In this document: in pieces, positions 28,323-38,254 of the stretch
Position numbering within the stretch: position 1 is the first letter of the stretch
Layout: every line of letters starts with the position of its first letter
Source of the DNA: Escherichia phage A221
DNA: 64,000 nt
Sequence record: ON862890.1
Reading direction: 5' to 3' (one strand)
Program-made: the position numbers and the translations under genes
The notes under the pieces: model-generated
What the model saw: only the letters and a program-made list of their open reading frames with translations
What the model was told of the DNA's origin: nothing
Database searches by the model: none

Positions 28323-29114
28323 ATGGGAATGAACTTCGTGGACAGAGGGGAGAATGTCGTCAAATATTTCACAGACGAAGATAACGAGCGTGTCATCAGT
28401 ATCCTTCGTGATTGGATCCCTGCTCGTAAGAAGGCTCTGGCTGAAGGCACCAGGCTTCCAAAGATCCCCAACTATGTTGCTCTACAGGTCCAGCGCATCA
28501 TCACCAAGATGAGCACCCGCTACAACTATCGCGACTATCCCTTCCGTGAAGACATGGTCTCTGAAGCAATAGTCAACATCTTGCGCTACCTCCACACATT
28601 TGACGTCGAACACATTGGAAAGAAAGGGAAGATCAACTTCTTCTCTTGGGTGACAATGTGTGCTGATCGATCATTCGCTCGTAAACTGAATATCGAAGAA
28701 GAGCACACGTACATTAAATTGCGCTCATTTGAAGAGGCGGGTGGGTTCGCAGGCCTGGCAGACGATCCCGACTTCCAACAAGAGGTCTTTGTTGATGCTA
28801 CAGGAATTGGCATGGACTTCCGTGAACGTATCGGCAACTTTGAGAACAAAAAGGACGCTCAAAGGCAGAAGGAGCGAGAGAAGGTGGAGGCAGCTCGTCT
28901 CGCAGAATCGAATAAAAAGATTGCGAAAGGCATACTTCAATACATGGCGCAGGCTAAGAATACGGTAACAGCGCAGGCCGAAGACAATTCAGATCAAGAC
29001 TTCGGCAAAACCCAATTCAATCTGGAAGATGATATCTGTGCGATGGAACCAGATTGGGAAGCCCTCAAACAAAGATTAGAAGAACGGGAGAAAAAGAACA
29101 ATGGCGATTGCTAA
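28323..29114 (+). CDS. candidate late-transcription sigma factor (gp55-like)
   Basis: Position immediately upstream of gp47/gp46 as in T4; weak resemblance only. Confidence 0.4.
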   Translation: MGMNFVDRGENVVKYFTDEDNERVISILRDWIPARKKALAEGTRLPKIPNYVALQVQRIITKMSTRYNYRDYPFREDMVSEAIVNILRYLHTFDVEHIGKKGKINFFSWVTMCADRSFARKLNIEEEHTYIKLRSFEEAGGFAGLADDPDFQQEVFVDATGIGMDFRERIGNFENKKDAQRQKEREKVEAARLAESNKKIAKGILQYMAQAKNTVTAQAEDNSDQDFGKTQFNLEDDICAMEPDWEALKQRLEEREKKNNGDC

Positions 29115-30216
29115 AATTGGCGATCTGCATATCGGGAGCCGTAATGGTTCTCGATACGTTCGCGACTTCATCAAGAACTATCTCATCAATTATTTCATTC
29201 CTGAACTTGCCGACTCTGATATCAAAGAGGTCTGGCAGTTCGGTGATACGTTTGATGTCCGCAAATTCATGTACGGGCGCGACAAAGACTGGCTGAAGGA
29301 TGAACTCACCCCTGCGTTGAAAGCGGCTGGTATCAAGTGGAATGGCATCGTGGGCAACCATGACATCACCCTGGAAGAGTCCAACCGCATCAACTGGCCA
29401 TCCTACCTGAACGAACTCGACCCGGATGTGTACTGCTATTACAGCGAACCGACCGAAGTGATGATCGAGGGTGTCAAGACTCTGCTGCTGCCTTGGATCA
29501 ACAAGGAGAACTATGATGCGTCTATTAAAGCGATACAAGATACAGACGCCGAGTACTGTTTTGCGCATCTGGAGCTGGCGGGGTTCAAAATGTATCAGTC
29601 TTCTACTTGTGATCACGGTCAGATCGACGTTGCTCTGCTTTCCAAGTTTACCAGGGTCGACACGGGGCATTTCCATACCCGTTCGATGGAAGGTAACATT
29701 CAATATATTGGGACTCCATATCACCTGAACTGGGAAGACTACAAAGACGGCACCAACCGTGGCTTCTATGTGGACGACATGCGTGGTGGTGAGATCTTTA
29801 TCCCGAACGCCGAGCACCAGACGCTGTTCCGCTATGTGGAATATGATTACACCAAGTTGTCCTCTGATGAAGAAGGTAATTGGATCGACCCGGAATGGTT
29901 GAACACAGGCTTGGGTATTGAAGGGCAAATTGTTAAGGTTATTGTACAGAACCGTGACAATGCTAAGCATTATGAAAAGTTCTGTGATGCGATGAAGCGA
30001 TGCAAGTGTATTGACTACAACTTCATCGACCGGACGATTACTGTTGCTGCCGAGAAGGTTGAGGTCACCGAAGAGATGGTGGCGACCGATGCGGTGGAAG
30101 TCCTGAAGAAGGATATCCGCGCAGGGAACAACATTCAGCGCCCCGACAACGTCTGTAAACTAGCAGAGCACTTCTATAATGCTGCCCAACAACGCCTGAA
30201 CAAACTGGATGCATAA
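29101..30216 (+). CDS. 47: recombination/repair nuclease subunit (gp47, Mre11/SbcD-like)
   Basis: Phosphoesterase motifs GDLHIG, GDTFDVRK, IVGNHD, GHFH, YIGTP. Confidence 0.8.
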   Translation: MAIAKIGDLHIGSRNGSRYVRDFIKNYLINYFIPELADSDIKEVWQFGDTFDVRKFMYGRDKDWLKDELTPALKAAGIKWNGIVGNHDITLEESNRINWPSYLNELDPDVYCYYSEPTEVMIEGVKTLLLPWINKENYDASIKAIQDTDAEYCFAHLELAGFKMYQSSTCDHGQIDVALLSKFTRVDTGHFHTRSMEGNIQYIGTPYHLNWEDYKDGTNRGFYVDDMRGGEIFIPNAEHQTLFRYVEYDYTKLSSDEEGNWIDPEWLNTGLGIEGQIVKVIVQNRDNAKHYEKFCDAMKRCKCIDYNFIDRTITVAAEKVEVTEEMVATDAVEVLKKDIRAGNNIQRPDNVCKLAEHFYNAAQQRLNKLDA

Positions 30217-32554
30217 CATGACTCAGAGCACAGATATCTTGACCAAATTTGGTAATCTTTTGAAGGAAGCCGACGCCCCGGTCGAGGTTGAAGTCCCATT
30301 TGAAGTGCGTAACGTTGTTACACACAAACTGACCTTCCGTAAAGGCCGCGCCAAGAACTTCCGCTCCATCGGCAATCAGTTCATGGAGATTGATTATCAG
30401 CGCAACCCGGCCACCCTTGTCACGTCTGATGACAACGGCGCGGGTAAATCCACGATGCTGGTATGGCTGCTGTTTTTCGTACTGTACAACGACACATACA
30501 GCAAGAAGGAGAAGAAGGCAGGCCTGGTTAACTCACAGAGCCGCAAGGAATGTGTGGGTGAGGTAGAGTTTGCCTGCCGTGGTAGCGAATGGAAGGTTCG
30601 CCGTGGCATTAAACCTGACTTTGTTGAAGTCTACCAGATGGTGGACGGCAAGTGGTTGCAGATCGATAACGAAGCAGCCAAAGCCGACATGAACAAGTAC
30701 ATCGTGAATCTCATCGGTGTAGACCAGAAGATGTTTGAGAACTCTCTGGTGCTGGGTAAAGAGAAGTTCATTCCGTTCACGGAGATGTACACAGCCGACC
30801 GCCGCGCGATGGTGGAGACTATCTGGGACTTGGGCTTCTTCAGCCTGATGAACGAAGATGTCAAGGCCGCCATCAAAAGGACAAATGCAACTCTGGACTC
30901 TATATCTAACGAATGCGCACTGAAGGTTGTTGACCACACCAACAAGAAGACGCAGCTTCAGCAGATCGAGCAATCCAACGCCCTGATCCAACAGCAGTCG
31001 GCCGATATCCTTGTACAGCAACAGGAAGCCCTGAATTCCTTGGATGCCGACATCGCCGCCCAGAATGAAGAGCGCACCCGCCTCACGGCTGTGGAGTTTG
31101 AAGCCACCCAGGAAATGAAGACGGTGGAAAGCCGCCTGCATGATGAATCCATGGTAGAGATCGAGGCTGTCAAGAAAGACTTTGATACCAAGATCCAGGC
31201 GGTGAAGGACGCCGCGCAGGACAAGGCTGACGATTATGAGCGCATCGAAGTGTCTACTGCGGAGCATGATCTTCAGGTCTTGCGTGACCGCGCCTTTACA
31301 GTGGCCGAACGCAAGAACACCCTGCTCACCGAGCGCAACACAAACCTGGACGCCCTGAACGCTGCTATCCAGCGCCGTCAACAGGGTGAGAACTTCCGTA
31401 TCAAGTTCCAGACCGAAATGGATGGCCACCAGTCGGCTATCAAGCGCTTCCACGACATGGGGACTTGCCCAACATGTACCCAACTGGTGTCCGACGATAC
31501 CAAGGCGCGTATTGAAAGCGAGTACAATCCTCAGATCCAGGAACTACAGTCGAAGTTAGATCAACTGGACAAAGTTACCGCCGATATCAATGTCCTGATC
31601 GATGATCACAAGGCTCAGGACGATAAGTTGGTTGCTGACATTGCTGTGTTGGACGCTGAACTGGACGCCATGCGCAAGCAGGCCGACGAAATCGTTGACA
31701 ATATCAAGCAGCTACGCCGTGATATTCAAGGGTTCCATGATGCTGCCACGATTGAGTGTAATTCGCTGAACCGTGAATGCCAACAGAAGATCCTTGACAT
31801 CCGTAAGGCACTGAACGTTCGTTTTGAAGACATCACTGCTTCACTGCAACAGACGCGAGAGAATGCCGTCAGCGGGATTAAAGCCGTCGATGATAAGATC
31901 GCCGAGCTGAAAGCCCGTCGTGCTCCTCTCGTGGCGTCTATTGCCGATCTGGAGCGTAAACTGGCTGTACAGCCAACACCTACCACCGACCTAGAGAACT
32001 CTATCGCTGCGTTGGAGGGTGAACTGGAGGATCTATACCAGCGCCGCGAGGATGCCGACCAGGAACTCCAGGACTTACAGCACCTGCTGTTCTTCTTGAA
32101 AGATGACCAGACCAAGGCGCGTATCATCGCCCTGTATCTGCCATTCCTCAATAGCAAGATCAACGAGTATCTTGAAGCCCTCAACATGTTCTTGGACATC
32201 GTTGTTGACGATACCTTTGAGATCACCATGAGCGCAGCAGGCCGCAAAGGACAGAGTATCTTCTCCCTGTCTACTGGCCAGCGCAGTCGTCTGAACCTGG
32301 CTGTGACATTAGCTCTGCGCGATGTAGCTAACCTCAAGGCGTCTGTACAATGTAACCTGTTCGTGCTGGACGAGATCCTTGAGAACATGAGCGAGCGCGG
32401 GGTGCAGGAATCGGTTGAGATGTTGAAGCATAAGTTCGGCGGGAACAACCTGTTTGTCATCAGCCAGCGTGAGCAGGAGTTCCAGGAATACTTCCAACAC
32501 AATATTCGCTATGGCCTGCGCAACGGCCTGACCGAAGTTATCAAGAAGGATTGA
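30209..32554 (+). CDS. 46: recombination/repair ATPase subunit (gp46, Rad50/SbcC-like)
   Basis: Walker A DDNGAGKSTM, long coiled coil, CPTC hook, signature LSTGQRSRL, Walker B LFVLDE; start ambiguous (30209 or 30218). Confidence 0.8.
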   Translation: MHNMTQSTDILTKFGNLLKEADAPVEVEVPFEVRNVVTHKLTFRKGRAKNFRSIGNQFMEIDYQRNPATLVTSDDNGAGKSTMLVWLLFFVLYNDTYSKKEKKAGLVNSQSRKECVGEVEFACRGSEWKVRRGIKPDFVEVYQMVDGKWLQIDNEAAKADMNKYIVNLIGVDQKMFENSLVLGKEKFIPFTEMYTADRRAMVETIWDLGFFSLMNEDVKAAIKRTNATLDSISNECALKVVDHTNKKTQLQQIEQSNALIQQQSADILVQQQEALNSLDADIAAQNEERTRLTAVEFEATQEMKTVESRLHDESMVEIEAVKKDFDTKIQAVKDAAQDKADDYERIEVSTAEHDLQVLRDRAFTVAERKNTLLTERNTNLDALNAAIQRRQQGENFRIKFQTEMDGHQSAIKRFHDMGTCPTCTQLVSDDTKARIESEYNPQIQELQSKLDQLDKVTADINVLIDDHKAQDDKLVADIAVLDAELDAMRKQADEIVDNIKQLRRDIQGFHDAATIECNSLNRECQQKILDIRKALNVRFEDITASLQQTRENAVSGIKAVDDKIAELKARRAPLVASIADLERKLAVQPTPTTDLENSIAALEGELEDLYQRREDADQELQDLQHLLFFLKDDQTKARIIALYLPFLNSKINEYLEALNMFLDIVVDDTFEITMSAAGRKGQSIFSLSTGQRSRLNLAVTLALRDVANLKASVQCNLFVLDEILENMSERGVQESVEMLKHKFGGNNLFVISQREQEFQEYFQHNIRYGLRNGLTEVIKKD

Positions 32555-32556
32555 TC

Positions 32557-32721
32557 ATGAACTACGAACAAATTAAACTCGCAATCCTGGTCTTTGCATG
32601 CATCATTGACATCGTTGCGTTTTCTCGTGAAGTCGAAAGGAAAAACTACCTGAAAGCACTGGGGTATCTCGGGTTCTCTGTCTGCTTCTGTTATCTACTT
32701 GCAGGTCAAATCCTGAAATGA
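32557..32721 (+). CDS. small membrane protein (54 aa)
   Basis: Translated by hand: MNYEQIKLAILVFACIIDIVAF...; stop overlaps next ATG. Confidence 0.35.
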   Translation: MNYEQIKLAILVFACIIDIVAFSREVERKNYLKALGYLGFSVCFCYLLAGQILK

Positions 32722-33047
32722 AAGTCGTCCACTTCAAGAAGGAGCCATATGACGTCTACATTGGTCGGCCTGGTAAATGGGGAAACCCGTTTGAGGTCAA
32801 AGACCATGGACGAGGCGTCTGTATCGAACTGTTTGAGGACGACCTGTATGTGCGCCTGATTGAAGGGGATATCACTGAGGATGAACTCCTTGATCTTGAC
32901 GGGAAGGTATTGGGGTGCTGGTGTAAGCCGCGCCCCTGCCACGGAGATGTTTACGTCAAAGTCATTGGTCGTATTAAACTATTCCGCAAGCTGGGTAAAT
33001 CCTTTACTGAACATCTGAGACAAACGTATGTCAGAAAACAAAGATGA
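32718..33047 (+). CDS. hypothetical protein (109 aa) with GRP..WGNPF...CWC.P..CH motif
   Basis: ORF track; motif recurs in phage proteins of unknown function. Confidence 0.45.
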   Translation: MKVVHFKKEPYDVYIGRPGKWGNPFEVKDHGRGVCIELFEDDLYVRLIEGDITEDELLDLDGKVLGCWCKPRPCHGDVYVKVIGRIKLFRKLGKSFTEHLRQTYVRKQR

Positions 33048-33312
33048 AATTCAGGAATCCTGTGACATTGCTGTGGAGATATGGAATCACAGGAATCCTC
33101 ATTACCAAGTGACCGTCACTCCGAATCGTTATCTTGAGCAGGGTGGTCTGATTGTGGTTGATGCTGTACTCGCTTTCAACAAGTACCAAGATATGCAGAT
33201 CCTGGACGGCAACTTTACCGTCGCGACCAAGACGGCATGGGATGACCCTCTACAGTTCGTCTATGGCTGGCTGGAGTGTATCGAGGAATCCTACCACCTC
33301 ATCTACGAATGA
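33028..33312 (+). CDS. hypothetical protein (94 aa)
   Basis: ORF track; weak RBS. Confidence 0.35.
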   Translation: MSENKDEIQESCDIAVEIWNHRNPHYQVTVTPNRYLEQGGLIVVDAVLAFNKYQDMQILDGNFTVATKTAWDDPLQFVYGWLECIEESYHLIYE

Positions 33313-33317
33313 GGCTG

Positions 33318-33351
33318 AAGGGCACTAAATACCACGTGCCCTTTATCTTTT
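33318..33351 (+). terminator. rho-independent terminator
   Basis: Stem AAGGGCAC/GTGCCCTT followed by TATCTTTT. Confidence 0.55.
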
Positions 33352-33409
33352 AACCCCTGTCAGGAGGCTCAAGCGAGCTGCAAGTCGACAAAACATAAGG
33401 AACGCCATC

Positions 33410-34024
33410 ATGACGATGACAACGTTGAAGGCCATGGCCTTGTCCGTGACCTTTACCATTGCCAGCGGGAATGTGCACGCTTCCCAAAGTACCACCCAAT
33501 GTGATTATAATTTCTCCGAGCAACAACTTAATACGATGGCAACCGCCTATCACGTAGGCAAGACACAAGATCTTGGCTACACTCTGGCCGCCATATCTTG
33601 GCGTGAGAGCCGCGCTGGCGAAGATGTAGTGTCAATGCGATACGGCCTCAAGGCGGCCAACATGGGAGCCTTTCAGAACAAGGTGAAGACAGTTGGTGAT
33701 CGCGAAGGTTGTAAGAATCGCAAGTGCTATGCCAATGTCGCTATAAAGTTGCTGACCGACCAAGAATATGCCGCGCAAGCCGCCCTCGATGAGATGCAGT
33801 TCTGGCTGACCTATCACAATCAGAATATCCGCAAATCCCTCTCCTCTTACAATGCTGGCTTCGCCCGTAATCCTGCATCGAACGCTTATGCTGCCGACGT
33901 CGTGAAGAAAGCTAAATATCTTCAGAAATGTGTGTCCTTCGAAGGCCGGACCATCTCCGAGGTAGATCCTCAGGTGATCGCCATGAACAAGCACACAATA
34001 GAGAAACTGAAGAGGACAAGATAA
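33410..34024 (+). CDS. secreted protein, possible transglycosylase-like
   Basis: Signal peptide MTMTTLKAMALSVTFTIASGNVHA; ISWRESRAG motif is weak evidence. Confidence 0.5.
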   Translation: MTMTTLKAMALSVTFTIASGNVHASQSTTQCDYNFSEQQLNTMATAYHVGKTQDLGYTLAAISWRESRAGEDVVSMRYGLKAANMGAFQNKVKTVGDREGCKNRKCYANVAIKLLTDQEYAAQAALDEMQFWLTYHNQNIRKSLSSYNAGFARNPASNAYAADVVKKAKYLQKCVSFEGRTISEVDPQVIAMNKHTIEKLKRTR

Positions 34025-34662
34025 TGAACATCACTCCATCTCAGGCCGGATATGAACATATCTTGGTCTTCATTGCTCTACAGGGTGCGAAGGAAGGCAT
34101 CATCGTATCCGAGTACTCAGGTACGGTTCGCCTTGCTGATTATGTCGCACCGGAGGCATTTATCAAGAAGTGTATTGACGCATGGTGCCTCTATGCCCTC
34201 AGCACATACCCTGCTCCTCCTGAGGGTGAGCTGTTGTTTACTGTGCCGACTCCGGCTGTTGGCGATACAGACGCGATCTTTGCCGATATGCTGACCAAGG
34301 GGTATCTGGTGTATGACATCACCCACGATGTCTATTCCTTTACCTCACTGAACACCGTGTTTGGATTCACTATCACATCTGAAGCCAACATCCCTGACTG
34401 GGGCATCTTGGCTTGGGGTGTTGACGGCCTGGGTGCAACCTACGCATCGTCTGACGTCGGTGCGGTTCTGATTGATGAGGGTGTCACCATGGAGCAGTAC
34501 CTTGCCCAGTTCCCTCAGCACAATATCACAGGCAGCGACATCATTTTGGTCCAGCCTGGCGCTATCGCTCTCCCCCGTTTGGTGGATGGATGGAAGCCTC
34601 AGCTGAAGGACATCATCGCAGGTATTCGATCCCACATTCCGGTTGTGAATCTGACGCCGTAA
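34024..34662 (+). CDS. hypothetical protein (212 aa)
   Basis: Internal ATG overlapping upstream stop (ATAATG). Confidence 0.45.
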   Translation: MNITPSQAGYEHILVFIALQGAKEGIIVSEYSGTVRLADYVAPEAFIKKCIDAWCLYALSTYPAPPEGELLFTVPTPAVGDTDAIFADMLTKGYLVYDITHDVYSFTSLNTVFGFTITSEANIPDWGILAWGVDGLGATYASSDVGAVLIDEGVTMEQYLAQFPQHNITGSDIILVQPGAIALPRLVDGWKPQLKDIIAGIRSHIPVVNLTP

Positions 34663-34675
34663 AAATAATTCAATA

Positions 34676-34700
34676 AAAGGGGCTTTCGCCCCTTTACTTC
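34676..34700 (+). terminator. rho-independent terminator
   Basis: Stem AAAGGGGC/GCCCCTTT, loop TTTC; T-run overlaps next promoter. Confidence 0.6.
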
Positions 34701-34721
34701 TTCAATATCCTTCCCTATACT
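34693..34721 (+). promoter_or_regulatory. sigma70-like early promoter (TTTACT-N17-TATACT)
   Basis: Exact 17-bp spacing; conserved leader follows. Confidence 0.5.
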
Positions 34722-34769
34722 TCATTCCATAAGCAGTACGACACCGACTTGAATAGCAGGAACTATATC

Positions 34770-35045
34770 ATGAAAATTATCCTCGACGCATATATCCGCC
34801 ACGGTCAGAAATACCTGATGGCCAAGGTTTACGACGGCGAAGAATTGATCCACGCCCAGACCGCCCCAGCTGCCCAGCTGCGCGAAATCATGTCACGCGA
34901 CTTCCCTGGCGTTGAAATGGTAGAGCCTGCCAACCAGGCTGAAGTAGACAAAGAGTGGGAGCGCGAATGGAGTCCAGCGGCTATCGCTCGGGCTGAAAAG
35001 AATTGGTCTAACCGCGAAAACGCAAACCGCCCTTTCCGCCGTTAA
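34770..35045 (+). CDS. hypothetical protein (91 aa)
   Basis: CAGGAACTATATC-ATG motif. Confidence 0.5.
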   Translation: MKIILDAYIRHGQKYLMAKVYDGEELIHAQTAPAAQLREIMSRDFPGVEMVEPANQAEVDKEWEREWSPAAIARAEKNWSNRENANRPFRR

Positions 35046-35067
35046 TTTGAACCGAAGGAACTATATC

Positions 35068-35403
35068 ATGACACAACTCAAGAACTTCACCGCCGATGAC
35101 ATGTTTGCCTTCCAGGGTGCTGAGCACTTTGCTGACGGCTCCGTACCTCGCATCTACTACTTCTCCGACGAAGAAATGGAAGATTTCTTCTCCCTGATGG
35201 AAAAGGACTACGAACCAGACGACTTCGTTTATATCATCCATCACGCTGAAGGACTGACATTGGGTTGGACGGCCAACAACGAACCAGAAGAAGTAAACTT
35301 TCCTGAAGGTATCATGTCAGAGCGCGTCGAATATCTACTGGAAGCTCTGGACCCCCACACCCTCCCGCTCTGGGCGATGTCTGTAGCCCAAGTTCAAAAA
35401 TAA
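35068..35403 (+). CDS. hypothetical acidic protein (111 aa)
   Basis: AAGGAACTATATC-ATG motif. Confidence 0.5.
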   Translation: MTQLKNFTADDMFAFQGAEHFADGSVPRIYYFSDEEMEDFFSLMEKDYEPDDFVYIIHHAEGLTLGWTANNEPEEVNFPEGIMSERVEYLLEALDPHTLPLWAMSVAQVQK

Positions 35404-35478
35404 GATAAGGGGGCTGACGCTCCCTTTTGGTTTCGCTAATTAGAAGAAACCGCCGTTAATTCAGTCAGGAGATATAAA

Positions 35479-38199
35479 ATGTCAAAGCTAAGTTTCCTCC
35501 AGTTCATGCAGGAAAGAGATCAGTTGGACGAAGCGTTCAACTCCGCTCCGTATGAGCTGACCATGGGCAAGAAGAACGCAGGCGATGTGTTCTTCACCTT
35601 CATCGACGAAGATGAAAAGGAATACCGTATTCAGTTCTATACCCCTCAGGGGCTGGGTAAGAGTGTTCGTCAGGTTTTCATCGGCCAGAAGCGCGGCTCC
35701 GTCTATCCTGACGCCATCGCTCGCTTCAAGAACCCAATGCGCGTTATCGCTTCCATGATCGAAGCGACCAAACAATTCATGGCGACTCCTCTGGGTAAGA
35801 CCATCGATGGCTTTGCTGTCAACTTCTCTAAGAAAGCGCTGGATCGCGGTATGACCCTGATTCCTAAGATCATCCGCCAGTCCGGCCTGAAACAGAAACT
35901 GAATGTCATGGACCTGACCTACGCGCCTGTCCCCGACCGTGGTTATGTGTGGCTGGTCCGCAAGGGTAAAGATCCGGCGCAGGTATTTGACGGTCCGAAG
36001 ATGCAGGGTATCACCTGGGACGACCCAGACAAGGTCGGTGACGTTCCGGTTCAGAACAATACTCCGGATGTGGGTGTGTCATCTTCTGTTGATAATTCCA
36101 ACGGATGGAAATTAACTTCAAACGGGGATCAGCCCATGTTGTTATGGGCTGGTAAGGAGAGAGGCCGCATGAACACGGCAAATATCGCTCCCCACTACAA
36201 TGAGCCGGGCGTGTATGTTGGCGCATACATGAATGAGAAACCTGTGCGTGGGCAAAGTGCTGATTTCATTGCTCGTCAGTTGAAATTACCGCAAGTCCCT
36301 ATCAATATCCTGAATGATTTCACCATGGCGTCTACAAAATTTTGGAAAGGTTCTCAAAACAGTTCAGACAGAAATAACCCAGCCAACATTATCGGTTCTG
36401 GAACTGCTGTTATTGATGCCAAACGACTTGGTGCTCGAGAAGTAAACGTGGAACGATTCAAAAACGGTGTTCGCATGCGTTCTCAAAACGGTGACGTCGA
36501 CATCAGTATTTCCGACCCAGACTTTTCAAATGCAGCAAGTGCGACTGATGCTGCCACTGCCTCTGTTGTGGTCAAAAACGGGCGTTACGAAGGTGCCATC
36601 AATTCAAAGCGCAAGATTGCCCGCATCTCGAACGAGCAGGGTACTGAATGGGATATCATCGGTGTCAACGGGGAAACCCTTGTCTCTATCAAGTTGAACA
36701 AAGTGTCTAAATCCGCATCGGATTCGACCGAGGGTGCAACCAGTGTTGATCAATTACGTGACAGCGGTTTCATCGCTCGTGTTCTGGGTATCATTGATAC
36801 CAACGTTGGGCTGGACACTTCTATTCTTCCTGGTGAAAACATCCGTCGTGTGGGCGCTGGTCGTTACACGACAGCAGGCGGGTTGGTTATCGTTGTCAAC
36901 TTCACAAACGTCCTCGCTGGTTTCGTTCAATACTCAGTTTTCAGCGAAATTGCTGAAGAGGAGAGCGTGGCCAAAGGTAGCGCCCGTGACGTCGCCAATG
37001 CGGTAATTGCGTCCATCTTTGAGGTTGCCAAGACCCAGTACACTGGCAAATGGGAAATTAGCGCAGTGCCAACAAGCGCTCCATATCCTATCAAAGCCAT
37101 TCGCCGTTCTCGGGGCTGGGGTTATGTGGAAACCGCAAACTGGACTCTGACAGTGTCCGACGCTGTCCTGAATCGTGTGAAGCCAGGGAAAACTGCTCTA
37201 CTGGAACTCATCAAAGAACCTCCGCGTGGCAAGCACCCGCTGGAAATCATCCCAGAGAAGGGCGACAAGACCCTGATGCTGAAAGATCGTATTACCGGGG
37301 CCATCTATGGTTCTATCGACCTGAATGCCCAAGGCGCTGATCTGGTCAACTCTGGAACCCTGAAGATACCAAGCAACGCCATGGTGTTTGGTGAGACTGT
37401 CAACGGTATGTCCATCACTTGGTCTGGCGTCAATTTCCCGAAAACTGGGAAGTATGATGGTGCTGTATTGACCACGAATGTGACCTATTACTACGACAAA
37501 GGCAAAGTGGCGATCACGCCTATTGTATCCAATAAAGGTCGTACCCTGAACAATCCGAAGACATATGAACTTACTTTGAAGAAAGATATTGTTCAGGCCG
37601 TGATCGATGAAATTTCTTCTAAAATGGAAATGATATCTCGGAATATACAAACTCTGAAAAGCACGTCGTATAATCCGAAACAAGTATTTTTGGACGACAT
37701 TTCTGTTGACAACAACGGTTCAGTCCTTTGGCGCGGGTACGACATGGCGGATCGCCGCACTAATGAATTTATGTTGGGTATCCTGTCCAAAGAAACCGAG
37801 AGACTGGAGAAAGAGTCGAGTACTGCGAAGAAGACTGGTGCCGACCTTGCGGCATACGCCGACTCCATCCGCGACAACGCACCAAAAGGCCGCGACCTGG
37901 ATTGGCAGATCTATGCAAGCCGTGATGGTCAGACTCTGAACGTGGACTGGGATATCACCTTCCGCCGCAACACAACTGAAGGGGCATATCGCGAGTTCAA
38001 ATCTCAGATTGACCGCGCCAACCAGTACCTGCAGACTCTGTACCGGGATGCGAAGTCCAAGGGTTACAACCCGACTGAACCAAACCTGATGACTCTGGAT
38101 AGCGCCCAGCAGTCTGACCAGTGGGCACGAGACTACGGGGAAGGCGCATACAGCGAGTACGAGCAGTCCCTGGGTGGCAACATGCAGATTAAGATCTGA
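35479..38199 (+). CDS. large hypothetical protein (906 aa)
   Basis: AGGAG RBS; long uninterrupted ORF; no family recognised. Confidence 0.6.
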   Translation: MSKLSFLQFMQERDQLDEAFNSAPYELTMGKKNAGDVFFTFIDEDEKEYRIQFYTPQGLGKSVRQVFIGQKRGSVYPDAIARFKNPMRVIASMIEATKQFMATPLGKTIDGFAVNFSKKALDRGMTLIPKIIRQSGLKQKLNVMDLTYAPVPDRGYVWLVRKGKDPAQVFDGPKMQGITWDDPDKVGDVPVQNNTPDVGVSSSVDNSNGWKLTSNGDQPMLLWAGKERGRMNTANIAPHYNEPGVYVGAYMNEKPVRGQSADFIARQLKLPQVPINILNDFTMASTKFWKGSQNSSDRNNPANIIGSGTAVIDAKRLGAREVNVERFKNGVRMRSQNGDVDISISDPDFSNAASATDAATASVVVKNGRYEGAINSKRKIARISNEQGTEWDIIGVNGETLVSIKLNKVSKSASDSTEGATSVDQLRDSGFIARVLGIIDTNVGLDTSILPGENIRRVGAGRYTTAGGLVIVVNFTNVLAGFVQYSVFSEIAEEESVAKGSARDVANAVIASIFEVAKTQYTGKWEISAVPTSAPYPIKAIRRSRGWGYVETANWTLTVSDAVLNRVKPGKTALLELIKEPPRGKHPLEIIPEKGDKTLMLKDRITGAIYGSIDLNAQGADLVNSGTLKIPSNAMVFGETVNGMSITWSGVNFPKTGKYDGAVLTTNVTYYYDKGKVAITPIVSNKGRTLNNPKTYELTLKKDIVQAVIDEISSKMEMISRNIQTLKSTSYNPKQVFLDDISVDNNGSVLWRGYDMADRRTNEFMLGILSKETERLEKESSTAKKTGADLAAYADSIRDNAPKGRDLDWQIYASRDGQTLNVDWDITFRRNTTEGAYREFKSQIDRANQYLQTLYRDAKSKGYNPTEPNLMTLDSAQQSDQWARDYGEGAYSEYEQSLGGNMQIKI

Positions 38200-38223
38200 T
38201 CATCGAAAGCCCCTTCGGGGGCT

Positions 38224-38231
38224 TATAAATA
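38224..38231 (+). promoter_or_regulatory. T4-type late promoter core TATAAATA
   Basis: Only exact plus-strand TATAAATA found; 24 nt upstream of ATG 38255; preceded by UUCG-loop hairpin. Confidence 0.45.
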
Positions 38232-38254
38232 ACTGAAATCCCGAGGAGATTAAG

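Noticed and set aside
30533-31483. 316-aa minus-strand ORF (and 31726-32502, 258 aa)
   Set aside because: Antisense to the gp46 coiled-coil region; repetitive codons make long antisense ORFs likely by chance.
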